DNA of 62,997 nucleotides, counting the filler, from Octopus bimaculoides (lineage: Eukaryota): assembly GCF_001194135.2 (NCBI RefSeq). It is 4 parts of 4 records of this genome, joined end to end, with 100 filler letters (N's around TTAATTAATTAA, not from the genome) between each part and the next. Parts side by side here need not be neighbours in the genome. Positions count along the whole stretch, not along the records: positions 37,047 to 55,249 come from NC_068984.1; 3 more parts are not named here. One strand, written 5' to 3'. The position numbers and the translations under genes are program-made. The notes beneath the pieces were generated by a model. That model was not told where the DNA came from. It did no database searches and saw only the letters and a list, made by a program, of their open reading frames with translations. Shown in pieces: positions 39,589 to 51,834 of the stretch (within the stretch, counting starts at the first letter, position 1; each line of letters begins with the position of its first letter).

Positions 39589-39963
39589 GTGGAGGCGCAA
39601 TGGCCCAGTGGTTAGGGCAGCGGACTCGCGGTTTCGATTCCCAGACCGGGCGTTGTGAGTGTTTATTGAGCGAAAACACCTAAAAGCTCCACGAGACTCC
39701 GGCAGGGGATGGTGGCGAACCCTGCTGTATTCTTCCACCACAACTTTCTCTCACTCTTACATCCTGTTTCTGTTGTGCTTGTAATTCAAAGGGTCACCCT
39801 TGTCACACTGTGTCACGCTGAATATCCCCGAGAACTATGTTAAGGGTACACGTGTCTGTGGAGTGCTCAGTCACTTGCACGTTAATTTCACGAGCAGGCT
39901 GTCCCGTTGATCGGATCAACTGGAACTCTCGACGTCGTAAGCGACGGAGTGCCAACAACAACA
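39589..39963 (+). mobile_element. Full-length SINE family C with 11-bp TSD and 14-nt head deletion
   Basis: TSD ACGTGGTGAGA at 39578-39588 and 39964-39974; lacks TCATAGGAT(T/C)GCGG between CGCGG repeats. Confidence 0.95.
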
Positions 39964-40953
39964 ACGTGGTGAGATGTGGCTGCCTTTTATTGTGTATGTG
40001 TGTTGAGAGAGAGAGTAATTAACACATGTCTTAACCAATAGTTTTTTTTTTGTTTGGCGGGTGGGGTCTGTGGCCAACAAAACCTCTCTCCTGCATCGAT
40101 GTATGTAGTATTTTAGGTTATACAGATTCATCATTTCGCAGGTCAAATACAAATACCATCTTAGGGCCTAGCGCGAGTAAGACCACCAAAATTACTGCTA
40201 TATGAAAAGGGATTGAATGGGTGTGATTCATCAATGTAAGGAGTAACAGGGCTGTGAAACTGACGCACATTTGTTTCACTTGTCCAGAGTTACGGACTTT
40301 GCAAGCTGTAGATGAATATCTTTAGTTTATGAGACAAGGGCTAGGAAGTAACTTCATAATAAATCCAGAGTAGAGGATCCAAGTCAGTCTGAAGTTCGAC
40401 TTGATACTCTTCAGGTAACTCCTACAACCAAACTGGTGCCAAGTGTGTTACTCTGTATTCTTTTGGATCAATCACATCAGCAAGACTGAGATGGAGATTT
40501 TGGCGTCTAGGCAAGCCGGGAATCTCCATGTTACCCAGCCCAGGATCGATTTGAAAATTTTGGAAATTTTACTTCACATTTCCAAAATAACGACTGTGAA
40601 AAGTGGTAGTAACAGCACGGAAGGTAGGATGTCCCACCAAGGTTGAGTGAGTCAGATTTTAGATGACGAAAGGAGAGACTCACGCAGAAGAACTTGAGAG
40701 GTGAAGTGGTTGTTGTAACAGTAACAGGAAAGATAGAGAGACTACCAATATGTAACTTAGTTGTGAATGAGCTTATGTCAATCAGGTTAATAGCGGCTTT
40801 CTTTTGAGGGTATTTCTCTCTTTTGATTTCTTTATTGCCCACATGTATAATTCCACACACACAGACGGCGAGTAATATCGCTATGTAACTTAGTCATGAA
40901 TGACCATGGATTGCACCTAGAAAGCTCCCCTTCGAGGCACAAGTCCGGGCAAG

Positions 40954-41000
<47 letters not shown>

Positions 41001-41103
41001 ACTTTGGGATGATCATATTGCCAGTTTAGCCAATAAAAACACACGCACTGTATATTTGGTGTTAATTTGCTTCAGCTTTATATTACATTAATCTTAATCT
41101 TAT

Positions 41104-41143
41104 TTCGGCCAGAGTTCTTTCGTCACACTTCTGTGACCTCATC
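41104..41143 (-). ncRNA. Hammerhead-like motif truncated by an assembly gap
   Basis: Minus strand [gap]GATGA-G-GTCACA-GAAG-TGTGAC-GAAA-GAACTC; 6-bp stem II; 5' CT and stem I hidden by Ns. Confidence 0.45.
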
Positions 41144-41360
41144 NNNNNNNNNNNNNNNNNNNNNNNNNNNNNNNNNNNNNNNNNNNNNNNNNNNNNNNNN
41201 NNNNNNNNNNNNNNNNNNNNNNNNNNNNNNNNNNNNNNNNNNNNNNNNNNNNNNNNNNNNNNNNNNNNNNNNNNNNNNNNNNNNNNNNNNNNNNNNNNNN
41301 NNNNNNNNNNNNNNNNNNNNNNNNNNNNNNNNNNNNNNNNNNNNNNNNNNNNNNNNNNNN

Positions 41361-41392
<32 letters not shown>

Positions 41393-41571
41393 CGGCCATA
41401 ACTATCTTTATCTAATTACACTTACTGCTCTATAACTTAGAGTGTGCTTCTCTTTCGGATTCAGGATTTATTGACTATATACATACATACATATATATAT
41501 ATACACACACACACACACGTGTGTGAGTGTGTGTGTGTATGCATGCATGCATGCATGTATGTATAGGAACA

Positions 41572-41950
41572 GTTAAGAATCTCGCTTTGCATCCACGTGA
41601 TTTATTTCAGTCCCACTGTTCGGCACCCTGGGCAATGTGTCTTCTACTGTAGCCCGGGGACAACCAATACCTTGTCAGCGAATTTTAAGGCGGAAACTGT
41701 GTAGAAGCCTACTATGTATGCATGTCTATATATGTGTGTGCGTGTGCGTATGTGTGTGACTCTAACCCCATCCACTTGACAACCGGTGTTGATTTGTTTG
41801 CATCCCCGTAAATAGCAGTTCGGCAAGAGAGTGATAGAATAGGTACCAAACTTTTAAAATATATAAATAAATACTGAAGTCGATTTGTTCGACTAGAACC
41901 CTTCAAGGTGGTGCCCCAGCATGACCGCAATCCAAGGATTGAAAGAAGTA
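41572..41950 (+). mobile_element. Full-length SINE family B with internal (TA/TG)n
   Basis: Head TTCAGTCCCACTG..GGCACCCTGGGCAA..GTCTTCTACT; microsatellite; 3' half CACTTGACAACCGGTGTTG...GGTGCCCCAGCATGACCGCA. Confidence 0.85.
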
Positions 41951-42019
41951 AAAGAAGATAAGATATATGTGTGTGTCGCACGCCCGCGCGCATCTCAGAT
42001 GTGTGTATACGCATATCTT

Positions 42020-42605
42020 TCTTTTACTTGTTTCAGGCATTAGACTGCGCCCATGCTGGGGCACCACCTTGAATTTTTAGTCGACTGAATCGACCCCTAT
42101 ACATACTTTTAAATTCTGGTACTTATTCTATCGGCCTCTTTTGCCGAACTGCTAGCTTACGGGGACGTAACAGCACCAACACCGATTCTCAAGCGGTGAT
42201 GGGGGATAAACCCAGACTCAAAGACACAGACACATAGATGTACATATATATGCATATACTCATATATTGTTTATATATATATATATNNNNNNNNNNNNNN
42301 NNNNNNNNNNNNNNNNNNNNNNNNNNNNNNNNNNNNNNNNNNNNNNNNNNNNNNNNNNNNNNNNNNNNNNNNNNNNNNNNNNNNNNNNNNNNNNNNTATA
42401 TATATACACACACACACATATGCATGTGTGTGTGTGTGTGTGTGTATGTATACGATGGGTTTCTTTCAGTTTCTGTCTACCAAATCTACTCACAAGGCAA
42501 TGGTCGGCCGAAGGCTATAGTAGAAGACACTTGCCTACAGTACCACGCTGTGGGACCGAACACGAAACCATTTGGTTGGGAAGCAAGCTTCTCATTCAGC
42601 CACGC
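42020..42605 (-). mobile_element. Full-length SINE family B with internal microsatellite and gap
   Basis: 3' half 42020-42235, (TA)/(TG) plus Ns, head 42443-42605 (GCTATAGTAGAAGACACTTGCC...GGTTGGGAAGCAAGCTTC). Confidence 0.9.
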
Positions 42606-43099
42606 CAAATATGCATATATCATCTGCATCGTCGACATCAGCAGTCCTTCGATTGACTGTCCACTGTGGACTCACCATGTTAGTTTGTAGGCCAATGCGA
42701 GATCCACAAGTCTTGTCACAAGACCGGGTAATTTATCTCACGGGCAAAGAGAGGAGGGCACACTGTGTTGGTCACTCTGCGTTGCTTTCTGCGTGATATT
42801 AATTTAAGATAACACGACACAACACACAGAACAATACGTACACACATTTTATATATTTCTCTAAAATCATGTGTACAGAATGTGTGAAATTGCGTTATGT
42901 GGTCGTGCGTACTGCCACTGTACTTATTCATGCGTTTGCACATCTATGTGTGACATTCGAAATGTATGTATATGCATCTATTCATGTGCTTGTGAGCGAG
43001 TAAGCGTGCATGTACGTGTTCGGTACACATGTATATGTTAACAGTACTGCGTATTTGTATTAAGCTATAGTAGCCTTCTTTTGTTCGTGTCTTAATCTG

Positions 43100-43794
43100 G
43101 TATTTAATTTACATCTTTGGTCGCTACCACCACTGACTCGGCAACCGTCACCGTCAAGGTGGTGGTAGTAGTGGTAGTAGCGACGATATTACTCGCCGTC
43201 TGTCCGCCTGCCTAGCTGCCTGCCTGCCCGGCTGCCTGTCTGTCTGCCTGCTCGCCGCCGCTGTCCCTGCCGCCGCCGCCGCCGCCACGGTTCGCTGTTG
43301 TTTTCTTGGTGTTTCGTTCCGTTCGGTGTTACATGTACTTTTAGTGGCAAAGATAGTGGTGCGCGGGCGCGCTTGTACTGACACTGCCGCCGCTTGCCTG
43401 ACTGACTGAGTGACTGGTTGGCTGGTCGGTTGGTTGGGTAGCTGGGTGGCTGAAATGCTGTGCTTGGCGGATGTTTCTTTACCTATGTAAACGTGTATTT
43501 GTATGTATGTGCACGCGCGTGTGAGTCTGTGTGTATATATATATATATATGTGTTGTGTGTGTGTGTACTTTGCCTGCTCTCTATGTCTGAGGGTAGTGT
43601 AATATACGTTTGTGTGAGTATGTGTGTAAAGTCATTCTTCCTTCTTTCTTTCTGTCTTCCATGTTGCATTTGAAAATGTGTCTCTGTGTCGCGCTCTGAA
43701 ACTCTGTGTGTGTGTGTCTCTCTCTCTATGTATCTGTGTTTTTCTCTTTCTCTTGCCCCTCGCTTTATACTTATTTAAAAACGGGTCTGTGTGT

Positions 43795-43825
<31 letters not shown>

Positions 43826-44080
43826 TCTCTCGCTCTCACCATGTATTTGAAAGCAAGTGTGTACGTATGTATGTGTCCCTCTCTCACTGTTTAACCCGAA
43901 GGCGTGTATATGTGTGTGAGAGAGTGTATATGCTTGTATTTGTAGCGTTCGTTTTACTCTTAGTTTCTACGTTGGCTGGCTTAGCTGGTTGGCGGGGTTC
44001 GTATGTATTTACGGCTGTTTGCTTGTATGTTTGTATACGCGCGCGGAAGTGTGTGTATTTGACATGTTAATACACGATTG
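43100..44080. promoter_or_regulatory. GC/CpG-rich island, candidate promoter or 5' UTR exon
   Basis: (GCC)n, GCGCGGGCGCGC, GCGCGGAAGTG (ETS-like CGGAAGTG at 44044-44051); non-TE, no convincing ORF. Confidence 0.45.
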
Positions 44081-44558
44081 GATGCTTATGCATGTACAAA
44101 TGTGTGACAGGGCAATCATATATATTTATTGGGAATCAATTGGTAATTCGCCCTTGTATTACTCAGAGTAAAACTTAAGGTACACATGTGGTCGGTCACA
44201 ATATATGGTCAATAAAGCCCTCATATATATATATATATATATATATATAATCTTATATTTACTTTGTCTTATATTATACTCATTTATTGTGCTTTTAATT
44301 ATTCATTTTTCTATATGTGACAGTGGATTTTCATCGATGAGTTCATGAACCTTGGTTCTTTTCCCTAATATATATTTTACTCTGTAAAGCTCAATTTAAT
44401 TTTTAATTTTTTATAAATTGATTTTAATTGAGTTTTTACCTGTAATTTTGGATTTTGTCCCTATTATATATATATATATCTTTTATTCTTTTACGTTTCG
44501 GTCATTCAACTGCGGGTAAGCTGAAGCACGATATTTATTAATATTTAGTAGAATGAAC

Positions 44559-44607
44559 AGAGTGACTCAAGGTCCGAGAGTTTCGTGCGTTGGCACTTAT
44601 CAACTCT
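44559..44607 (-). ncRNA. Type I hammerhead ribozyme relic with two core lesions
   Basis: Minus strand AGAGT-TGATAA-GTGC-CAAC-GCAC-GAAA-CTC-TCGGACCTT-GAG-T-C-ACTCT: stems I, II, III all pair, GUC site; C3 missing and G8 changed to A. Confidence 0.7.
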
Positions 44608-44749
44608 CGGCTCTAGGACCAGTCTATTACTTCTGCTAAATATTAATAATAAATATACATATACTAAGATTTTGAGTTCTATTTTCCTGTTTGCATCAAC
44701 ACACCTATACACACACACACACACACACACATACACACAATATTCTATT

Positions 44750-45135
44750 CTTTTATTCTTTTACTTGTTTCAGTCATTTGACTGCGGCCATGCTGGAGCA
44801 CCGCCTTTTAATCAAAGACGTCGACCTCTGAACTTACTCTTTGTAAGTCTAGTACTTATTCTATCGCTCTTTTTACCGAACCGCTAAGTTACGGGGACGT
44901 AAACACACCAACATCAGTTATCAAGCGATGAGGTGGGTGGGTGGAATACATTATATATATATATATATATAAATATATATATATATACCACGGGCTTCTT
45001 TCCGTTTCCGTTTACCAAATTCACTCACAAGATTTAGCCAGTCTGAGGCTATAGTAAAAGACACTTACCCAAGGTGTCACGCAATGGGACTGAACCTGGA
45101 ACCATGTGGTTAGGAAGCAAGCTACTTATCACACA
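44750..45135 (-). mobile_element. Full-length SINE family B with internal (TA)n
   Basis: 3' half 44750-44945, (TA)n 44950-44988, head 44990-45135. Confidence 0.92.
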
Positions 45136-46072
45136 TTGACATATAACGGTGAAGGGAAATATAAGCACAGGAAAATAAGTCACGTTATTCAAGTATCAAT
45201 AAATAATTTAAACAATTTTAGGTCGATAACAGTAACAAAATAATTTGTTGTTACGTGTATGTTGTATATATATAGTGTGTGTGTGGGGGGGGGGGNNNNN
45301 NNNNNNNNNNNNNNNNNNNNNNNNNNNNNNNNNNNNNNNNNNNNNNNNNNNNNNNNNNNNNNNNNNNNNNNNNNNNNNNNNNNNNNNNNNNNNNNNNNNN
45401 NNNNNNNNNNNNNNNNNNNNNNNNNNNNNNNNNNNNNNNNNNNNNNNNNNNNNNNNNNNNNNNNNNNNNNNNNNNNNNNNNNNNNNNNNNNNNNNNNNNN
45501 NNNNNNNNNNNNNNNNNNNNNNNNNNNNNNNNNNNNNNNNNNNNNNNNNNNNNNNNNNNNNNNNNNNNNNNNNNNNNNNNNNNNNNNNNNNNNNNNNNNN
45601 NNNNNNNNNNNNNNNNNNNNNNNNNNNNNNNNNNNNNNNNNNNNNNNNNNNNNNNNNNNNNNNNNNNNNNNNNNNNNNNNNNNNNNNNNNNNNNNNNNNN
45701 NNNNNNNNNNNNNNNNNNNNNNNNNNNNNNNNNNNNNNNNNNNNNNNNNNNNNNNNNNNNNNNNNNNNNNNNNNNNNNNNNNNNNNNNNNNNNNNNNNNN
45801 NNNNNNNNNNNNNNNNNNNNNNNNNNNNNNNNNNNNNNNNNNNNNNNNNNNNNNNNNNNNNNNNNNNNNNNNNNNNNNNNNNNNNNNNNNNNNNNNNNNN
45901 NNNNNNNNNNNNNNNNNNNNNNNNNNNNNNNNNNNNNNNNNNNNNNNNNNNNNNNNNNNNNNNNNNNNNNNNNNNNNNNNNNNNNNNNNNNNNNNNNNNN
46001 NNNNNNNNNNNNNNNNNNNNGGGAGCCCCCCTACATAGCCGCAGTCAAATGTTTGAAACAAAAGATAGCGCG

Positions 46073-46125
<53 letters not shown>

Positions 46126-46449
46126 TTGTATTATGTATCTGTTTACATTTAATTTTTTATCACCGAAAATTTACAAATTTGTCTCAAGGCATGCGTGAAA
46201 ATCTCGTCACTTAAATCATTTTTGTAACATTCTGCCGATTAACAAGTTAGAACCAACCCCTCCAGATATACTCTCGTATTGAGTTCTATTTTTGTTGTTT
46301 GTTCCTGCAAAACTGTGTATGTAATGTAGGCATGTATTTATGTTCTTTTCTGTTTTTAATCATTTAAATTCTGAGGAAGGAGCTGGCTCCATTGCTGTCA
46401 CATTTTTGACTTGTGAAGACTGAATATTCTTACTGTTTCATTTACAGAT

Positions 46450-49400
46450 CTGTTTTTGTAACGTGCGGGCTGGTTGGTTGATTTCTTTTTCTGAAAACCC
46501 TAACTCATCTAGATTGTCACTGAGGCATTTACTCACAAAACTAAGTGCACCAATTATTTTTGGTGTCGATGTGAATTTATAATTTGGATATAGAAGCTGA
46601 AGGTTGTCCATAGTTATCCTCTTTCCCTTTGATTTTTTTTTAAGAGACAGGACAGCTGACCTCTATGACAGTACATCCGTTTTCCTGTCCGTCACAAACA
46701 ACAATATCCGGCCTGTTATGCTTACAGCTGTTTTGATGGGAATGTTCCACCAGTATTCCCTGTGTTGACGTTTGAGTATGTATTCAATAACGGGAATTTT
46801 CTATATTTATTCTAGGATAGTCTTTTTTTTCCGAACAGTGTTGTATATTGTGTTTGCGACAACATCATATCGCATAGGGAAGTTGTACCTTGATGACATT
46901 TTTGGTCAGCGGCTAATCACGTGTGATGTCTTGTACAAGAATATGACATTATCAACATTTTCGGTTGCATCTTAGAACTCCAAGGGCTTCACTGCCTCTT
47001 TTGGTTATTCGGCATTTGGTAGCAATCTCCTGTTCTTGGATTGCAAATTAATAGCTTTCGAAGTGTGATGTAAAAGTCACGAGTCTAAAAAGAGAGGCTT
47101 CGCTTCATGTCGATATTACTATCGTCATTTTTTCGGGGAACATACTCATGCATAATCTTTGTTTTGGTATGTTGAGCGTTTCCCATCCAAGTCTTTGAGT
47201 TACGTTATAGTCCGGATGTTTTGGAGTTCATTGCTGCTATTCTTTAGCAACTGCTGCCTGAGAGAAACTATACGTCATTCGAAGGCTGTCTACCCTGATT
47301 TCAAGCCTCTGCCTACTTTATCTCTTCTCATGTAGAGCCTGTCGATGTCACTATTTCTGTGGAGATTTCCAGTTGATATCAGTATCTTGCGGGTTTTAAC
47401 ATCCATAGGGTGGATTTTCCCTGCAGACCAGTCAAGTATCCCAAATGTTGGAATCAGCACTGATACTGTAAAAGTATTGTGAATATTATCTTGTAAAAGA
47501 AGAGTTCTGACTGCCATATTTTTCTAAGTCTGGCATGATATTCTCAGGTCACCCATTTTTTATTCACAGTACCTTCGTATGTTATTTTCATCAATGCCGA
47601 GTTACTTGTAGCATTCTTTGTGTGGGACCGGGAAGATAATGATACCATTGAATGCATGCACAGGTTTTGAGTCTGAGAGACTGATTCTCCACGTTCAACA
47701 ATAAAATATGAACATATATTTTGGCCAAATTCAATTCCTATGTCAGCTGAAAATATTATTAATTCCAGCTGCTTTTTGGCATTGTTAACATTTTTAGCAT
47801 AAAGCTTGAGGTCTTCCAAGAAATTATGGGTTACATTAATTTCCCTAGTAGTTGCACCCACTAGCATGTAGCCATTTGATTTTTGTAGCAGGATTGATAA
47901 TAAATTTAATACCAAAACGAATAGAAGTACAGAGAGATTATCTCACTGGAATATTCCCTTTGAAATATATATAACATTAGAGACGATCATTCCGGTCTCT
48001 CTAAATGTAAGAATTGTTGCCTAGGTCTTTGTGAGCCTCTCAATGGCACTAATTAAGGTAAAATGCACTTTTGCCACATGTAGACGCTTCAGCAGTCATA
48101 AATGGGGAATAGAGTCGAACGCCTTTTTTTTTTTCGCTTCAGACAGTACAGCTTTGTTTATCACATCCCCACACTCCTTTCTTTCCACGTGCCTGCTTAT
48201 TAGTTGCTATGTCCTTGGGTTCGCAATGATCCTGGAGAAATTGGTTGAGACAGCTTGTGTACAATTTGTACATAATGTTTAGGCAAGCAATGGGCGTATA
48301 GTTTTCTACCAACTCGGTGGCTTCATTCTTGGCTACAAGGTTCGTCCGTGCTATATAGCAAACCAATTTGGTATGTTAATCTGACCCTCCATAGTGCTTT
48401 TGAATGTACATATACGTGGTTTTGGGTAAAACATAAGCCTCTTGTATCAGTATCCAACTATTGGGCCCCTTCCAGGTGCCTTCACATTATGCAGTTTGCC
48501 AACAACTATGGTGAAAGTTTCCGGGTCAATTGCATATATTTTACTGTTGATGTTGATACAGTTTTCTCTCTTTACTGCATTTAGTCACGATGCATTAAGG
48601 TTGAAATCCCTCTTCTCGTTCCAGATTTTCAGCCAGAATGATTCTAGAGCTTCTTTAGAGGGAGATTTCTTAACGGTAATATTTTCCTTCTTCATCTCCC
48701 TGTATAATAATGCCTGTAGTTTAGAAGTAAACTTGTGATTTATACAGGCTCGTTCAAAAATTCGCTTGCAGTAGCGAAGATTTTTGCTCAGCGCCCCGAG
48801 TTCGTGTTTTAGAATGATTAACCTTGTCTTAATAGCTTGGTGTGAAGAGTTACAATAGAATTTTGTTAATTTATTCATAAGGTGTAACTGATGGGGTGTA
48901 AAATCATTATTCCTCTTTCATTTTATTATCGTGGTTAACTATCCAATATGGCGGTGCAAATTGTTGATATTTTTATCAAGTTTTGTTTTCTAAGTTGCTT
49001 CCGTTTAGTAGTTTCATTATTATGTACACTGCAGATTTCACCCATGTGTTCTTGAAGAGTGATAGCTGTGTATATTGAGGGTATTAATATTCCAGTAATT
49101 AACATTGCAATTCCAAGTGCTCTCCAGCGACATCGTTGATAACGTGCAACCTAAGAGCTATTGGATTTTTCCTTAATCTTGTTAAGAATAGCCTGTCGCT
49201 TTAACGATAGTTTCAAAAAAGTTGAAAGGTTTTCTACGAACTCCACGAGAATTTAGTAACGGCGGCAGCAGTTTGTTTGCGTTATTTTCGATCTCTCTTC
49301 TGACAGGTTTTGTCCGGTTCTCGGTGTTTTGAGAAGATCGATTTACATCACGAGAGAAAGCCATTTTTGTTTAAAAAGGAAGATGCTTGTTGCTGTTTCC

Positions 49401-49700
49401 TACTAAAGGTGCTTAAGTTGGGGTGATCTTTGACCAAGTATTCTTTTAACCTCTCCATATATCTAAAAGAAGGGTCTTCACGGGCTTTTTCATAGCATCG
49501 AAGCAGATCTTGTTTTAGATGTAACATCCAAGTAAAATGAGAGGAGTACCTACGTTTCATAGATAGCTTACTGGTGTGTGTAGTGATGTTTTCGTTGGTG
49601 GTGTTGTTACAAATTTCAGTTCTGATCGTGTTATCAAAATTACACGTGGTATAAGGTATATATTTTTTAGTACGATCTGAATAACGATACATTGGTAAGT
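46450..49700 (-). mobile_element. Near full-length decayed R4/NeSL-type (RLE) LINE
   Basis: Minus frames: KAPG, NYTPIACLNIMYKLYTS, KKAFDSIPH, GIFQ*D.LS.LLF, FLEDLKLYAK, DIDRLY.RR..GRGL, QEQEIAT, HVISR*PKM..Y.MRYD.VA, EYWWNIPIKT; many stops. Confidence 0.9.
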
Positions 49701-49893
49701 AAAAGGTGTTTCTCTTATTTATATGGAGAAAGAACCAGTTACTAATTTAGGTTGGGGGAATCGGCATAAATGTAGAAAAAAACATCCTGATGTTGACGGC
49801 GCCATCTTTGTATGTGTGTGATACACACACACACACGTTATATATGTGTGTGTGTATGTGTGTGTGTATGTGTGTGTGTGTGCGTGCGTGCGT

Positions 49894-49927
<34 letters not shown>

Positions 49928-49962
49928 CACACATATATATATATATATATACATATATATAT

Positions 49963-50320
49963 CGTGGTTGTGTGGTAAGAAGTTTGCTTTCCAACCACAT
50001 GGTTCTGAGTTCAGTCTCACTGCATCGCACTCTTCTGCTGCAGTGGGACAAAGTATTTTGAGTGAATTTGGTTAATAAAAACTGAAAGAAGCCAATCGTA
50101 TATATATAAAAATGCGTGTGTGTGTGTGTGCTTTTGTGTTTGTCTTCCCCCACCACTTGACAACCGGTGTTGGTATGCTTACGTCCCTGTAACTTAGCAA
50201 TTCGGCAAAAGAGACCATCGAAAAAAAAAAAAAGGTGGGACTGGAGTCGATTTTTCGACTAAGATTCTTCGAGGCGGTTCCTCGGTTTAAATGACTGAAA
50301 CAAATCAAAGATAAAAAAAA
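49963..50320 (+). mobile_element. Full-length SINE family B with internal (TA)(TG)n
   Basis: GTGGTTGTGTGGTAAGAAGTTTGCTTTCCAACCACATGGTTCTGAGTTCAGTC head; CACTTGACAACCGGTGTTGG 3' half. Confidence 0.88.
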
Positions 50321-51216
50321 CATGTGTACACACACACNNNNNNNNNNNNNNNNNNNNNNNNNNNNNNNNNNNNNNNNNNNNNNNNNNNNNNNNNNNNNNN
50401 NNNNNNNNNNNNNNNNNNNNNNNNNNNNNNNNNNNNNNNNNNNNNNNNNNNNNNNNNNNNNNNNNNNNNNNNNNNNNNNNNNNNNNNNNNNNNNNNNNNN
50501 NNNNNNNNNNNNNNNNNNNNNNNNNNNNNNNNNNNNNNNNNNNNNNNNNNNNNNNNNNNNNNNNNNNNNNNNNNNNNNNNNNNNNNNNNNNNNNNNNNNN
50601 NNNNNNNNNNNNNNNNNNNNNNNNNNNNNNNNNNNNNNNNNNNNNNNNNNNNNNNNNNNNNNNNNNNNNNNNNNNNNNNNNNNNNNNNNNNNNNNNNNNN
50701 NNNNNNNNNNNNNNNNNNNNNNNNNNNNNNNNNNNNNNNNNNNNNNNNNNNNNNNNNNNNNNNNNNNNNNNNNNNNNNNNNNNNNNNNNNNNNNNNNNNN
50801 NNNNNNNNNNNNNNNNNNNNNNNNNNNNNNNNNNNNNNNNNNNNNNNNNNNNNNNNNNNNNNNNNNNNNNNNNNNNNNNNNNNNNNNNNNNNNNNNNNNN
50901 NNNNNNNNNNNNNNNNNNNNNNNNNNNNNNNNNNNNNNNNNNNNNNNNNNNNNNNNNNNNNNNNNNNNNNNNNNNNNNNNNNNNNNNNNNNNNNNNNNNN
51001 NNNNNNNNNNNNNNNNNNNNNNNNNNNNNNNNNNNNCAGGTCCCAACGATGCCTGATAATCGGCCGTTAATTGTACCAAAATACACTTTCAGTTTCATTC
51101 CTATTACTATTGGAGCAACAGGAAGTCTGCAAGACTTTTTCTAAGATCTAAAGGATAACGAACGAAACGTGATGCTCTCCTATACAATATTACAATATTT
51201 ACGATTTCTAACAAGC

Positions 51217-51655
51217 AAGGCGGCGAGCTGGCAGAAACGTTAGCACGCCGGGCAAAATGCTTAGCGGTATTTCGTCTGCCGTTACGTTCTGAGTTCAAAT
51301 TCTGCCGAGGTTGACTTTGCCATTCATCCTTTCGGGGTCGATTGAATAAGTACCAGTTACGCACTGGGGTTGATCTAATCGACTTAATCCCTTTGTCTGT
51401 CTTTGTTTGCCCCCTCTATGCTTAGCCCCTTGTAGGCAATAAAGAAATAAGAAACGTTAGCACACAGGGCGAAGTGCTTAGTGTTATTTCGTCTGTCTTT
51501 ATGTTCTGAGTTCAAATTCTGTCGAGGTCGACTTTGCCTTTCATCCTTTCGGGGTCGATGAATTAAGTAGCATTTGCGTACTTGGGGTCGATCAAATCGA
51601 CTGCCGCTCCCAACAAAATTTCGGGCCTTGTGCCTAGAGTAGAAGAGAATATTTC
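51217..51655 (+). mobile_element. SINE family A head-to-tail dimer
   Basis: GAAACGTTAGCAC...GTTCTGAGTTCAAATTC...GACTTTGCC.TTCATCCTTTCGGGGTCGAT occurs twice (about 51235 and 51452). Confidence 0.9.
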
Positions 51656-51834
51656 TAACAAGGTGTGGGTGAGGGTTAAAATTAACTCTGTACATACATA
51701 CGCTCATCATTACATGCGTACACACACGTACATGTATGCCCACATAAATATATACATATGCAAATATATGCATGAGAATACATAAAACGAAACAAAAATC
51801 TGCACTTGCACTATACACATACACACACATGCAA

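Noticed and set aside
40150-40800. Non-repetitive-looking block, possibly an old LINE endonuclease remnant
   Set aside because: No diagnostic motif recoverable in any frame by eye.
43154-43669. 171-aa minus ORF with poly-Ala and RQxx repeats
   Set aside because: Built from (GCC)n, (GCCT)n and (TG)n repeats in a GC-rich island; composition explains its length.
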